DNA of 64,000 bases. It comes from Setoptus koraiensis (taxonomy: Eukaryota > Animalia > Arthropoda). The notes beneath the pieces are model-generated. The model ran no database searches. It was given only the letters and a program-made list of their open reading frames with translations, and was not told the DNA's origin. Both the position numbers and the translations under genes were made by a program. Below, in pieces: positions 40,398 through 52,427 of this stretch (its first letter is position 1; every line of letters starts with the position of its first letter). Location of the stretch: assembly GCA_048013815.1 (NCBI GenBank), contig CM106585.1, forward strand, positions 4,898,001 through 4,962,000, read 5' to 3'.

Positions 40398-41845
40398 TGT
40401 GTGTCAAAAGCAATTGTTGTGGCAGTGGTGAGAGGGCGCGCTTAAATTGCCCGACCGTCTGGCCGATAGTTCACGTGCCAGTCGGATGACATGCAGGTAA
40501 TCGTTCATCCGGCACTCAAGACAAGCGAGTCCGACACTCCTGGCTCCACTCTGGGGACCAGTCGCTAGAGGCGCTGAGAGTTTTAGTGCGAGTTGCGGCC
40601 GTGGCTTCTCATCTTGTCATCTCGTCGCTCGTCTCACGGCGACACCGACAACCATCTAACAAGTGCAAGTGATTGTGATCCAGCGAGTCAAAGATCGCCA
40701 AACAATTTATGCCCGAGCAATCGCTTCGACGGTCGCTGGCCGGCCGGCTCTGGTGACTCTAATAGAGTGTGCACGGCCTCCCATTCTCGGGAGGTTGGCA
40801 GTTTATTTATCTCCCTATTGCGTCGGCTACATTTACATTTGTGTGCGCGACACTGGCTGGCACAGCAACGCGCGGCGCAAGCTGGCCACTGCGAGCTTGC
40901 CGAGCGGCACAGGCAGCGAGGTCAGAAATATTGTGCATGTGTCAATTAATCATTTTGGCACACACACACAGTGGCAATTTGGTAATCGGATCATGGCTCG
41001 CTCACGGCGGCACAGTTTTACATTATCGCCAATATGGCCTGTCTATCGCAGATGATATTATATTATAAAGTTGTGTATACCTCGCAGCTATACATCCATA
41101 CAGCCATACAGCCATATAGCTGCGAGGCGCCGGTGCAGTTCGGGCTGCTGACGCGGCGGCGGCCCGATTTGTCGGGCCGACCGGTTGGGGCCCGTCATGT
41201 CGGCTCCGCCCGAGAGAGCGTTTATATGCATGCCCGATGGTTGTGATACAGTCGTGCCCGCTGTGCCAGCAAGCGGCGAGCAGAGGTAAGAGTGGCGCAG
41301 CGGCCAGTCGGGTGCACATTGCGTAACGCAAGCTTGGCGGCGAGCAGGGCCCGCCGAGCGCTGAAACGGGCAAAACGGGCGAAACGGCGAAACGGGCGAA
41401 ACGGCGGAACGGCGGAACGGCTGCAGCGGCCGGAGTGGCGCAAACGGCTGAAACGGGAGCGAGCCAGCGGGACAAGTGTGAGAACGGCGACCGGGATTAG
41501 TAATAGGATACACGGGCCGGGCGTAATTCTATCGGGCCCAATAAAGCGACAGAGAGAGAGAGGGGGCAACGATTTCCAGTGAACAGCCAATTGAAATATG
41601 CCGATATCGCGCCAATCGGGCGCCATTTGTCGCCCGCTGCCCACACAGGCGACATACGGGCCGCGTGGGGGCGCTCTGCAGCGGCTAGGCCCGAGTTGAT
41701 ACGCGAACGGGCATGCAAACATGGCCCAAACGATGTCACACATTCGACGACACACCGAGCGAGCCATTCAAATGAGGCGTCCTCTAATTACTTGTTATAT
41801 TGTTTGTGTGTGTGTGTGTGTGACATTGGCCTGGCGTCGGGCTAA

Positions 41846-41930
41846 AGCGGGCCGCTTGACACTAGAGCGGGCCGGCTTGACGTTGCAGCGGGCCGGCTTG
41901 ACACTTGAGCGGGCCGGCTTGACATTGCAG
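41846..41930. repeat. Minisatellite, about 21-bp unit AGCGGGCCGGCTTGAC(N5), 4 copies
   Basis: agcgggcc(g)gcttgac followed by actag, gttgc, acttg and attgc in four consecutive units. Confidence 0.85.
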
Positions 41931-42540
41931 CGAGCTGGCGGCGATTGGCAGCGCAAATTGCGACAAATATGGCAAATCGTTGCACGGCTACGGCAAACAG
42001 AGCGGCCGCGGCCACGATGATCATGATCGAGTCAATCCGCCAATAAACAACCGACAAACAACGACACGACGCACACACCAACGGACACGTAATAACGAGC
42101 AAACACACACACACACACACACATTTGACAGTGATCATTATTATTGCCCACCATTTCATTTGTTACGCAACACACATATGCTTTTTGACAAAGGCTTTGT
42201 CAAACGGTCGCTCCCAGTGACACCGCGATCGCCAGATTACATAATGGCGTCGCACCGTTATGTAGTGGCTGGCTCGGCCACTACATAGCGGCCGGCGTAT
42301 GGGCAGCCATCTCATAATTAGGCATCATCATGAATCATGATGCTGGCGGCATCAGCTAACTGGATAGTTACTTAGTCGTGATCACTCGCTCCGCCCGCGC
42401 CATCACTCCCACGTCCGCTCCCGTCTTGCGCCCATATCCGTATATATCCGTATATCCGTATGTGAGTGCATAAGTCATTTTGCGCGGCGATCACGCCGGG
42501 CCGGGCCCGCTCCGTCTGTTCTGGTCTGGTCCGGTTCCGT

Positions 42541-42677
42541 ATAATATCATATAATATCATATAATATCATATAATATCATATAATATCATATAATATCAT
42601 ATAATATCATATAATATCATATAATATCATATAATATCATATAATATCATATAATATTATATAATATTATATAATAT
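42541..42677. repeat. AT-rich 10-bp tandem repeat (ATAATATCAT)11(ATAATATTAT)2 plus a partial unit
   Basis: Directly visible perfect array. Confidence 0.98.
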
Positions 42678-45600
42678 GGCCCGGCGTGCAGCACAATGCA
42701 GCCGCCGCTCGCCTGACCCCGAAACGGTCCGAAGTGGCGCCCACAAACCCAACTGCTGCTGCCAGCTGGACAGCGCTAAATGGCGGCCCAAGTGGGCCAG
42801 CCAGTCCACGGGTCAGCCAGCGTGGGGGCCGCGGCCGCTGGCTGTCCGTCTATCCGTCCAAGGCTTCGCTGCCAACAATCCCCGTAAGTGGCGTCGCAGC
42901 GACACTCGAGCATCCCCTGGGCCCGTTCTCGAAGCTTGTCGTCGTCGTCGTCTAAATCTGTTCGCAGCACTAGCCAGCCGGCGCTCACCTGAGCTGGGCG
43001 CCTCAGTCGTGCGCCCGTTTGACGCCCCAATCACAGTGCGCTAGCCTCAACATGACGCTGGTGTTAACATGAATATCAGCCGGCCAGAATTTGCACCTTT
43101 CCGCCAATCAGCCATCGGCCGTTTCCTCTCTCTCTCTCTCTGCGACTGGCGCTTGATTTTCTCTGGCACCGCTCAACTGGCGCCGCTCTACTGGCACCGT
43201 TTATCCACGGCAGGCTCCCCCTCTCGCTGGAGCTGCTGCCCGGACGCTGCCGGCCCGCCCGACCGACTGGTCCGACTGTGGACACAACGCTGCGCCGGCC
43301 GATCGGTTGACTGGCAGTCGGGCTGGCCGACACAGTGTGTCACGGATGCGCTGTCCAGCATAAGCCATTTGCGAGCAAATCAATTCTGCGGAAAGGCAGC
43401 GCTTCTTCTTTACACAATTATTATTATTAGCGCCCATGCCCGAACGAGCGAGCGGGCCGGCTCGCTGGCTGGCCGGTTTGCGGCTCGCGGCTCGCAGCTC
43501 GCGGACCAGCGACCAATTACGAGCGGGCCAAGTGCAAGGCGCCCAACCGGCCCGCCATTTGGGAATGGCGCTCAACGACGGCCAGTAATAATAATAATTT
43601 GTTGTTGTTGTTGTTGCATGTGAGCTGGTCGGCGCGGCCAAAGTCGCCGGCCGCACACAGAAAGACAGCAATTTATGAGATGAGCCCCTCCAACTGGGCG
43701 CCGCCGAGACAACAACAGCAAACGCCACGGCAGGTGCACGCCTCGGCTGTTTGTGTGACTAGCTGCGCCCGAAGTCGCTAGGTCGCCGCGATGGGCCCCT
43801 CGCCATCGGGCTGGCGGGCGGGCTGGCTATTGGGCTGGCGGGCGCGCTGGCTGGCGGGGCGCCTTCCGTTGCAACTAGACACAAGTTTAATGGCCTCGTC
43901 CCATCTAATCTGATCTGATCGGCTCTGGCCAGGCCTCACTGGCTCGGCGCGATCCGGCGCGCCGTGGCGTGCACTATTGACTGATGAGCCGCCATTACCG
44001 CCATTTGAGTGAATTAACACCTGACACGAGCTTAGGGGACCAGTTAACAATGAGATGGTTAACTAACACCCTTATATGTACTAGCAGCGTGCATAGTCGC
44101 TCAGTTGAGCCTTTTATGGGCCCTGTTTTGGTGTTGAATATTTAGCATGAATAGATTCAGCGTCAATTTTCGCGACCATCACAACACTGCACATATTCAC
44201 GCATAAACATTGCCAGCCAGTCCACGAACCAGCCAGCTACAACTGTTATGGACCAGCCCCGTTCTATCCGACGGATAGCGCCAGCGCCCCAGCCATGAAT
44301 ATCGGTATTCACGTGTTCACGATTCATCGCGTCTCTATTATATAGCAATATATACCGTATATATATATCGTATATCTCGTATATATCCGTCTGTATATCT
44401 GTGCCGCCTAGATATATATAGCGGCGATATACAAACAGAAAGATATATGTTTGCCAGATATATCAATGTTTGTTTGTGCAACGAAGCAGCAACGACTAAG
44501 AGAACGGCGCTTCGCTTCCCACGATTACAATACCAGCCTGGCGCACTGGCGAGCCGGGCCCCACCGAGCCTTGCTCAGCCAGCCAGCCAGCCGACCAGCC
44601 AATGGTGCAGCCTGGCTGGCCCACACGCCGCCAGAGCAAGCCAGACGAAGCAAGAGATATAAGTGTTACGTTGGCATTTGAAATTACTGCTCAATTGCCT
44701 CCCTTTCTGTGTATGTGCGCTCTTTTTCTTCTTATTGGCACCCTCACAATGGGGCCAGAGGAGCAAAATTATTTTGTTATACAACAACTGCTGTTGTTGT
44801 TGTTGTTGTTGCCGTTGTTGTTGCTGCTGCTACAAAAAGCAAATATACGACGATGCTGCCACTCACACCAGACTGCCACCACTACTAGTGGCGTCGACAC
44901 TAGCGACGGCACTTGCATTTGCTGGGGCTCCGCTAGGGCGCTGGCTTCGGCGCTGGCCTCGGCACGGGCAAACAGATTATGGTCACCTAATCTAGAGCAC
45001 ACACAAAGCAGAAAGAGAGCATAAAGTATTGAGACAAATAAATATCGAGTAACAGCGACACTAAACACGTACTAGTTACACCATTCACGGCTGAAACATT
45101 ATTGCCCGCGCCCGCTGTGGTCCCATAATACCCAAAAGGATGGGCGTGCCAGGGAGGGCCCCATTGGGCCTCATGGGAGCTGGCTGACTCTCAATCAGTC
45201 AGAGTGTCTGGCTAGCTCGGCCTCAAAGTCTACGATGGTCTGACATCAACCTTATATGAACTTTTATAGAACGCTCTACATTGCGAACTAGGCCAATCTA
45301 TTATTTAATAAGTCTAATAACTTAATAGCGAGATGCTTTTGTTGATTACTTTCTTGACAGTGAGGTCACTTCGGTCGATGCCTTTCTTCATCAGTTACAA
45401 TTTCTTATTTGCTACCCGACAGATTGAGCATGCATGACACAATTCGGCTCACGAGACGAGTCGATAGTAACTTGATAGAGACCATACCAGGCAACCAGCC
45501 CAAGACGATACCGTGGCAGCCGCGATGCAGCTAATTATCATTATCAGATGAGTAGTACGACGGTGTTGATAAATTCGATAGAGAAAATCTTAGAGATGAA

Positions 45601-46625
45601 TGAGTTTAGTTTCCAATAGATTGATGAGATTGAATGACCTTGATTGGAGGATTGAAACTTCCGAATTCAATTTGAATGCTCTTGATGATATCGATTCGGT
45701 GGTTACGTCGTTCTCGGCAGCTTAACCCACTAGCTTGGCCAACAGAAGGAGCAGCATCATTTAGCTCCCGAGAATGCTAAAGTGTTAAATTTGCTCCAAT
45801 GGTGATTAGGTTATTGATGTCTCGCCGGTTACGGTTGCAACATAATCCCGCATATCACATACTTTTCGAATCTATCCTTTCCTGAAGGTTAAATTAGTTC
45901 AGACATATAACCGCGCACATAGCGATTTTTTAAGCATTAAGCATTTTTTTGTTGTTGTTGTCGTCACTTTGATAATCAAATTAGTGTGAATCAATTTAAA
46001 TCGCGTCATTTTACTACTGACTCGGCAATCACTGTTACATCAAGCTGAATGTGATTGGCCCTAGTCAGATATCACGACATTTAAAGATTAAATGTTTAAA
46101 TAAATTAAAGACACGAAACATAGTTGAGTTTGTTTCAGACGACGTCTCTGATAAACGAGTATCTGCTCGTGGTATCCGATTCTCGATCACAAACCTCTTT
46201 ATCTTGGAACACACACTAATGTTTTATCATGATATCTCCCTCTGATTCTAATGACTGCCTCATTTGGGTTCATCTAACATCGCCTTTTTTTGACACAGAA
46301 ACTGTGACTAGGTAGTCGAAGGTCAACTTGTTGCACCGACACGTTTTCATCGTAACAGTGTCATGTAACATTTCAAGCGAAAGCATCCACGCTCCAGTTC
46401 GGATCGCGGTTATTCAATCGGTGACCTTTACCATATCGATTATCGAGAACCAGCATATTTCAATTAAAGTTCAATAAGTGTAAACACCTATATATATCAG
46501 TGCGGGGGCGTGAGTTGCTGCCCGAACTATTGCTGTTTATCTGGAAAACTATTAAAATCACTACAATTCATAAATATTTAGTTAACAATACAATCATTTG
46601 TTCACCAGCTTATCATCCTACTACT

Positions 46626-47408
46626 TCATCTACTTGTTGGGCTTTTTTTCTCTACAACAGATTGCTCATCTTGTTGTCCGTAGTATGCCACATCTATCAT
46701 ATCATGAAAGATTCCTGTTTCTACAACGCCCGGTATAAGTTTGATTTTGTCACTAATAGAGGCCCAGTGATAGTCTTTGTTAGTGTTGAATTTCCAATCT
46801 AATATGAAGTTACCATTGTCCGTCATTAGTGGGCCCACTTTGCCACTACCCTCGCGTACGACAAATTCCTCGTTTTGGCCAACTATTGCTTTTATTTTCT
46901 CAATGACCACCAGACAGGCGATGGGTATCACTTCGATGGGTATGCCACGGGAATAGGATTGTCCAAGTTTCTCCGAGTCTTTGGTGTAGTCGGCGACCAC
47001 TATAAACTTTTTTGAGGCACTAGCCACAATTTTCTCCTGAAGAAGACAACCGCCACCTCCCTTGATGGCGACGAAATTTCTGTCTACCTCGTCCGCTCCG
47101 TCAATTGTGACATCAATACACGGGTCGGTGTGAAGGTCGCTCAGTGGTAGTCCGGCCTCCTTTATCAATTGTTTAGATTGGTATGATGTCGGAATGCATT
47201 TTACATTGAGCTTCTCTTTGTCAACTTTATCGCACAAGTATGTTACCAATAACACCATTGTACTACCACTACCGACTCCAATGACCATGTTATTTCGTAT
47301 ATGTTTATCGACTGCCATTTTACAGGCGGCACTCTTGGCTCCGTCCATGAGTTTGCGTTGGTGTTGCTCTTCTTTGTGCATATCTTTATTGTCTCTTTGG
47401 TGGCTCAT
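46626..47408 (-). CDS. RPIA: Ribose-5-phosphate isomerase A, copy 1, single exon
   Basis: VIGVGSGSTM, IPTSYQS, IDGADEVD, IKGGGGCLLQEKIV, GPLMTDNGNFILD, IPGVVETG. Confidence 0.97.
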   Translation of the reverse strand: MSHQRDNKDMHKEEQHQRKLMDGAKSAACKMAVDKHIRNNMVIGVGSGSTMVLLVTYLCDKVDKEKLNVKCIPTSYQSKQLIKEAGLPLSDLHTDPCIDVTIDGADEVDRNFVAIKGGGGCLLQEKIVASASKKFIVVADYTKDSEKLGQSYSRGIPIEVIPIACLVVIEKIKAIVGQNEEFVVREGSGKVGPLMTDNGNFILDWKFNTNKDYHWASISDKIKLIPGVVETGIFHDMIDVAYYGQQDEQSVVEKKSPTSR

Positions 47409-47822
47409 TTGATTTGAATTATTTGGAATATTCGTGAGATTGATGGATGGGTGTTAATATTAAAACATACTCTTAGTGATGACACTCACAGATTTTCAAG
47501 ACATTTGTTTCTCATTTGATAACTTAAATTTTCCTGGCATATGACTTCGGCATGTGTGCCCAACAAATGCACATGTCTCAATCGCTAACACATGATATCG
47601 ACATTCACAATCATTAGCCAGATTGCTAGATGGCACTTGTACGATACGATCGATGACGCCTTAATGTTCCATCGATGAGGAAGTTCACGTTTTGTGATAA
47701 TATTCAAAGTTGTCTACGCGCTAGTAGCAGTAGAAAATGATTTGTACATGCAAATGACAAGAGGAAAAGTGATCATTATTATTGCCTACCATTTCATAGG
47801 ATATAACCACCAACGGAAACTC

Positions 47823-48545
47823 ATGGACGGAGCCAAGAGTGCCGCCTGTAAAATGGCAGTCGATAAACATATACGAAATAACATGGTCATTGGAGTCGGT
47901 AGTGGTAGTACAATGGTGTTATTGGTAACATACTTGTGCGATAAAGTTGACAAAGAGAAGCTCAATATAAAATGCATTCCAACATCATACCAATCTAAAC
48001 AATTGATAAAGGAGGCCGGACTACCACTGAGCGACCTTCACACCGACCCGTGTATTGATGTCACAATTGACGGAGCGGACGAGGTAGACAGAAATTTCGT
48101 CGCCATCAAGGGAGGTGGCGGTTGTCTTCTTCAGGAGAAAATTGTGGCTAGTGCCTCAAAAAAGTTTATAGTGGTCGCCGACTACACCAAAGACTCGGAG
48201 AAACTTGGACAATCCTATTCCCGTGGCATACCCATCGAAGTGATACCCATCGCCTGTCTGGTGGTCATTGAGAAAATAAAAGCAATAGTTGGCCAAAACG
48301 AGGAATTTGTCGTACGCGAGGGTAGTGGCAAAGTGGGCCCACTAATGACAGACAATGGTAACTTTATATTAGATTGGAAATTCAACACTAACAAAGACTA
48401 TCACTGGGCCTCTATTAGTGACAAAATCAAACTTATACCGGGCGTTGTAGAAACAGGAATCTTTCATGATATGATAGATGTGGCGTACTACGGACAACAA
48501 GATGAGCAATCTGTTGTAGAGAAAAAAAGCCCAACAAGTAGATGA
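47823..48545 (+). CDS. RPIA: Ribose-5-phosphate isomerase A, copy 2 (from MDGAK; an upstream exon via the acceptor at 47799 is possible)
   Basis: Same motifs. Protein identical to copy 1 from MDGAK onward except one V/I. Confidence 0.93.
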   Translation: MDGAKSAACKMAVDKHIRNNMVIGVGSGSTMVLLVTYLCDKVDKEKLNIKCIPTSYQSKQLIKEAGLPLSDLHTDPCIDVTIDGADEVDRNFVAIKGGGGCLLQEKIVASASKKFIVVADYTKDSEKLGQSYSRGIPIEVIPIACLVVIEKIKAIVGQNEEFVVREGSGKVGPLMTDNGNFILDWKFNTNKDYHWASISDKIKLIPGVVETGIFHDMIDVAYYGQQDEQSVVEKKSPTSR

Positions 48546-48695
48546 AGTAGTAGGATGATAAGCTGGTGAACAAATCTGAACAATATTGTATTATTTTATT
48601 GTTGTTAGAAAGTTAAACATGATCAGGATTAGAAAAATTGCTTGTTAAGTGTCTAGAGTGGTGCATGTATTTTTTTTTTTCGCAGGGCTCTATCG

Positions 48696-50348
48696 CTAAG
48701 TACAGAAACCAGCTAATATTTTTTTCTCGTGATTTAGTAGCGATATGATATTTAGTGTCAACTGATCGTCGCCTTTGATACTCATTAAAGTTTTATCTAT
48801 ACTCCTCTCGTATATCATTGCACGTTGAGATATAAAGGTGGATATAGCAGTCTTCAATCTATTGCTGATATCGATCAAGCCGTCTAGATCCCCCTCCGGT
48901 TTTTCAGATATTTCGGACTCTTTGTCTAGTTTCTTGACCTCGACTACATGTTTTGTTATCACTTCTATTGCAGTTGTAGGATTATTACAATTCAGAACGT
49001 ACTCTATTTCTAGTGCATCCATGAGAAGAACCACTAGGAAAGACACAAGGTGAGCGTCCATAGGCTCTTGAGAATTGTTCAATCTGAATCTACCTGAGGT
49101 TTTCAAACCAAGTAGTGAACAAATTTCCCATCTCTTTTGGAAAAGATCCTCTTGTTTGTTCATCCCAAGAATTAATGGTAAAAAGTCTTTCTCTACAACG
49201 GTCGGCACGAAGCCGTTGTGGATAAAAAAGTTTCCGCTCGATCTGTAACCATAAAATATAAATACTTCGTCACCTGGTTTGAGATCAGCGGACGCATTGA
49301 TTCTCAGAATGCACCTCTCGTCATCGTATACTGGTGGTAAATACCCCTCTTTATGATTGCACATATCTAATATTGGTATCAATGCATTCATGGTGGGATA
49401 TCCAAAGATCTTCTTGTTGGATGGCAATTCTTGTTGTCTAGTGCAAACTGTTGACACTCCCCAGCAATAAAAATCGTATGTAAGTTTGTTTTTCAATGGT
49501 AAATCTGTGGCTTGAAGTTTACTGTAAAAATAAGCGTACTGCCTAGTAATAGCTCTTATCATTTTGACAACATCATAAATATGGTTGGACACTTTCAAAC
49601 ACTGTATTTGTTCGAAGGATAGGTGAAATATTGTAGAATGAGAATTTGGTAGAATGGCCAAATAGGGAAACCAAGTAGAATTATCACCTTTGCTGAATTC
49701 GTTTAGAAGGTGCATGACTAATACAACATTGGGCATGTCACTTAGAATAGGATCTTCACGGACAAGCTTGGCCAGTTTTTTATCTTCGTCGACAGTCTCA
49801 ATAGTCAGCATACAGCTAATAGGCACTTGGCAGACGGCTTGATGAGTAGAAACGTGCCGTTTTGATACGAGTCCGTAACCTTTTTGGTTATCTTGGCATT
49901 CACTAACACCAACGTATGATGAAATCGGATCAGAGGGCACCGCTGATTGATTGTTAGATAACTGTTGATGTTTGTCGATCCATTGAAAGAATCTCTTCCA
50001 AGCTTTGCCATCGCGAGTAGGCAGTTTAGGGTTTAGATCTTTTTCAACTTCTCTAAGCTGCCTGATAAGCGTGAATAGGTTTTCATGTCTCGCTAAGAAT
50101 TTTGTAGGCGCTAAAGAGGTGCTGGCATCGTTGAGTTCGAGAGATTCTGCGATTTGTATAACATGCAATGAAAAAGCAAGCAACAAAATTATAGCGAACA
50201 CACCGTTGAATTGTTTTATTCTTTGGAATAAACTGTGTCTAGTTATTAGTTGTCAAGAAAGAATGAGATTACCTTTGTAAATCTTATCTAGCAGCTCCAT
50301 TCTAGCGGTGTGGCTCGATTGTTTTGTTTGCCGCTTTTGTTGCCTCAT
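48696..50348 (-). CDS. SETD3: SETD3 actin-histidine N-methyltransferase; exons 50348-50273 and 50146-48696
   Basis: WFPYLAILPNSHST, QYAYFY, WGVSTVCTRQQ, ALIPILDMCNH, FIFYGYRSSGNFFIHNGFV plus a Rubisco-LSMT-type C-terminal region. Phase-1 GT-AG intron 50147-50272. Confidence 0.93.
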
Positions 50349-50915
50349 TTTGGAGATTGTCCTTTCACTATGCATGATTCTATCAGACTCGTCCTGCTTG
50401 GCGATATCTTCTTAAAAATGTGTTCTGATAATTGTTTTCTAATCTAATCAAAGAAACATTGATGTAACCTATGTATAATATCGCCAAGATGTGATGCTCA
50501 ATTATCACGCTCTTACACAGATCGCTTGTGAATATAAATGCATCAAGCGGCGTGAAATATCAGACATGAACTGTGCCCAAAAGAGGCTAAAAAATACCCC
50601 TCAGGTACAATCGCGGTATTAAATCTACGCTCAGGGGAAGAGAATGAGTGCCTTGCCCTCTGCTCAACTGCGCGTGCTAATCTGCTTCTGGATGAATCTA
50701 TGGACGGTCAGCGTTTGTGCGCAGTCATTCGCAAGGCAAAGGACACTTTTTTCCCTTTTGTACCTGAATTTGCGTTAGCACCTCGGTGTTTGTGTCCACG
50801 TGGGTGGGGTATTGTCAGTTGGAACTGGGGGCGACTCCATCAACACCATAACGCCTCGATCTATGCGTTTATTTAATCGTCTATCTTGAAAGCTATCACA
50901 TTCGTCATCATCAAA

Positions 50916-51173
50916 ATGAATAAATATCCTAAGAACAACTTATTGCCACGACTGAAAAAATTAGGATTCGATGTAAAGGATATTCCATTAACCTTCTCCT
51001 CCGATTCACATCCAAATGCGTCGGCCTACAGTTATCAACCAACTCAGACCCAACAGCAACCGCCAAATATGTGTATGCCACAAGCAACCCTCAACCCAAA
51101 TAATTTACCTTTGTTAAAGATAAGTGCCGCTGAATTAGACGATTGGAGCGACTTTGACGAAGACGATATATAA
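50916..51173 (+). CDS. Small unknown protein (85 aa) with an acidic C-terminus
   Basis: ATG in aaaATG context; MNKYPKNNLLPRLKKLGFDV...ELDDWSDFDEDDI; ends 45 bp before PGS1. No family recognised. Confidence 0.4.
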   Translation: MNKYPKNNLLPRLKKLGFDVKDIPLTFSSDSHPNASAYSYQPTQTQQQPPNMCMPQATLNPNNLPLLKISAAELDDWSDFDEDDI

Positions 51174-51218
51174 ACTAAAGACCACAACAAATTTCGCATC
51201 TCTGAAACAAAACAAAAA

Positions 51219-52427
51219 ATGAGCGGAATATTCAGACTCATCAAGAGCCTCACAGTTAACAAAATTCCTTTAATACCAATAGAGGCCGACAACATATCGT
51301 TACTGAATAGTCCAGATTCATTTTACACAACACTTATTGACTATGTCAGGCGATCGCAAGAAAGAATCATTCTATCTGCATTGTACTTAGGTACAGGCAC
51401 CAAAGAACAAGCCCTCATCAACGAAATTGAGAAAGCTATGAAAAACAATGCCAATCTAAGAGTTGACATCATATTAGATCCGAATAGGGGCACAAGACTA
51501 GATCACGATGGCAATTCATCCAAGACTATTATGTCAAAACTATCGCAGCATCGCAACTTCAAGACCAACTTGAGCCAAGCCAAAATGGGTTCAAGACTTG
51601 ATGAGATGAAATCCACTATCCACTCTAAACTCTTCATTTTTGACAACAATGTAATAGTATCGGGTGCCAACTTGAGTAGCATTTACTTTGAGAATAGACA
51701 AGACCGCTATATGTTGTTTGAGGATTCTAAATCGCTATGTGATTATTTTGAGAAGCTGATGAAGTCTGTAGGTAGCAGCAAAGATGTTGCCAGCGATGAA
51801 ATCACCAAATTGAATCGATGTTGGAGTGAAAAGTTCTGTGAGACTTCAGAAACGTTTGTGGTACCACTCATTCAGCATAAAGAATCTGGCATCAGAGATG
51901 AGGAAATGTTTTTGCAAAGTTTACTCCATGACCTCCATCCTAATGTGAAGTGTAGATTATCTGCTGGATACTTCAATCCTACACACATATTTGACAATTT
52001 ACATGCTAAATTGAGTGTAGTTGCGCCTTCAGAAGAGTCGAATGGATTTTATCAAGCTAAGGGTATCCTTGGTGTTGTACCTAGACTATATACATGCATT
52101 CAAAAACAATTTCTCCAAAGAAATAAGGAGGCATCACTTAATGTCTTTCATAAACCCGGATGGACATTCCATGCCAAGGGCATATGGGTAGACAACATAC
52201 CTGAATGTTACATCAACTTCATCGGCTCGTCAAACTATAATCACAGGTCACACATTCGCGACTTTGAGGTCCAACTAGCACTCGTGACATCTAACAGTAA
52301 ATTGACATCTACTCTCATACAAGAGAGCGACCGGATTTGGAAAGATTCAAGTTTAGCCAACATCGAGGACCTAGAAACACCTTTTTACATTAATATATTG
52401 TCCCGTTTATTCAAGTCATTTCTATAA
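51219..52427 (+). CDS. PGS1: Mitochondrial phosphatidylglycerophosphate synthase (PLD/HKD superfamily), single exon
   Basis: RIILSALYLGTG, IHSKLFIFDNNVIVSGANLSSIYFENRQDRY, GWTFHAKGIW, IGSSNYNHRSHIRDFEVQ. Confidence 0.95.
   Translation: MSGIFRLIKSLTVNKIPLIPIEADNISLLNSPDSFYTTLIDYVRRSQERIILSALYLGTGTKEQALINEIEKAMKNNANLRVDIILDPNRGTRLDHDGNSSKTIMSKLSQHRNFKTNLSQAKMGSRLDEMKSTIHSKLFIFDNNVIVSGANLSSIYFENRQDRYMLFEDSKSLCDYFEKLMKSVGSSKDVASDEITKLNRCWSEKFCETSETFVVPLIQHKESGIRDEEMFLQSLLHDLHPNVKCRLSAGYFNPTHIFDNLHAKLSVVAPSEESNGFYQAKGILGVVPRLYTCIQKQFLQRNKEASLNVFHKPGWTFHAKGIWVDNIPECYINFIGSSNYNHRSHIRDFEVQLALVTSNSKLTSTLIQESDRIWKDSSLANIEDLETPFYINILSRLFKSFL

Larger units (their letters stand above)
46596..48575. repeat. 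Inverted duplication: 768-bp arms 46596-47363 and 47808-48575, 444-bp unique spacer
   Basis: Arms are reverse complements from caccaacg to ggtgaacaaat; about 6 substitutions seen. Confidence 0.95.

Noticed and set aside
22850-45100. Dozens of overlapping 60-230-aa ORFs with HTHT/CVCV runs
   Set aside because: Expected from GC-rich, stop-poor DNA and (CA)n tracts; no domain motifs or consistent splice structure.
50147-50201. Apparent signal peptide MFAIILLLAFSLHVIQIA at the start of the SETD3 ORF in the track
   Set aside because: It lies in a phase-1 GT-AG intron (50147-50272); the real first exon is 50348-50273, and SETD3 is cytosolic.
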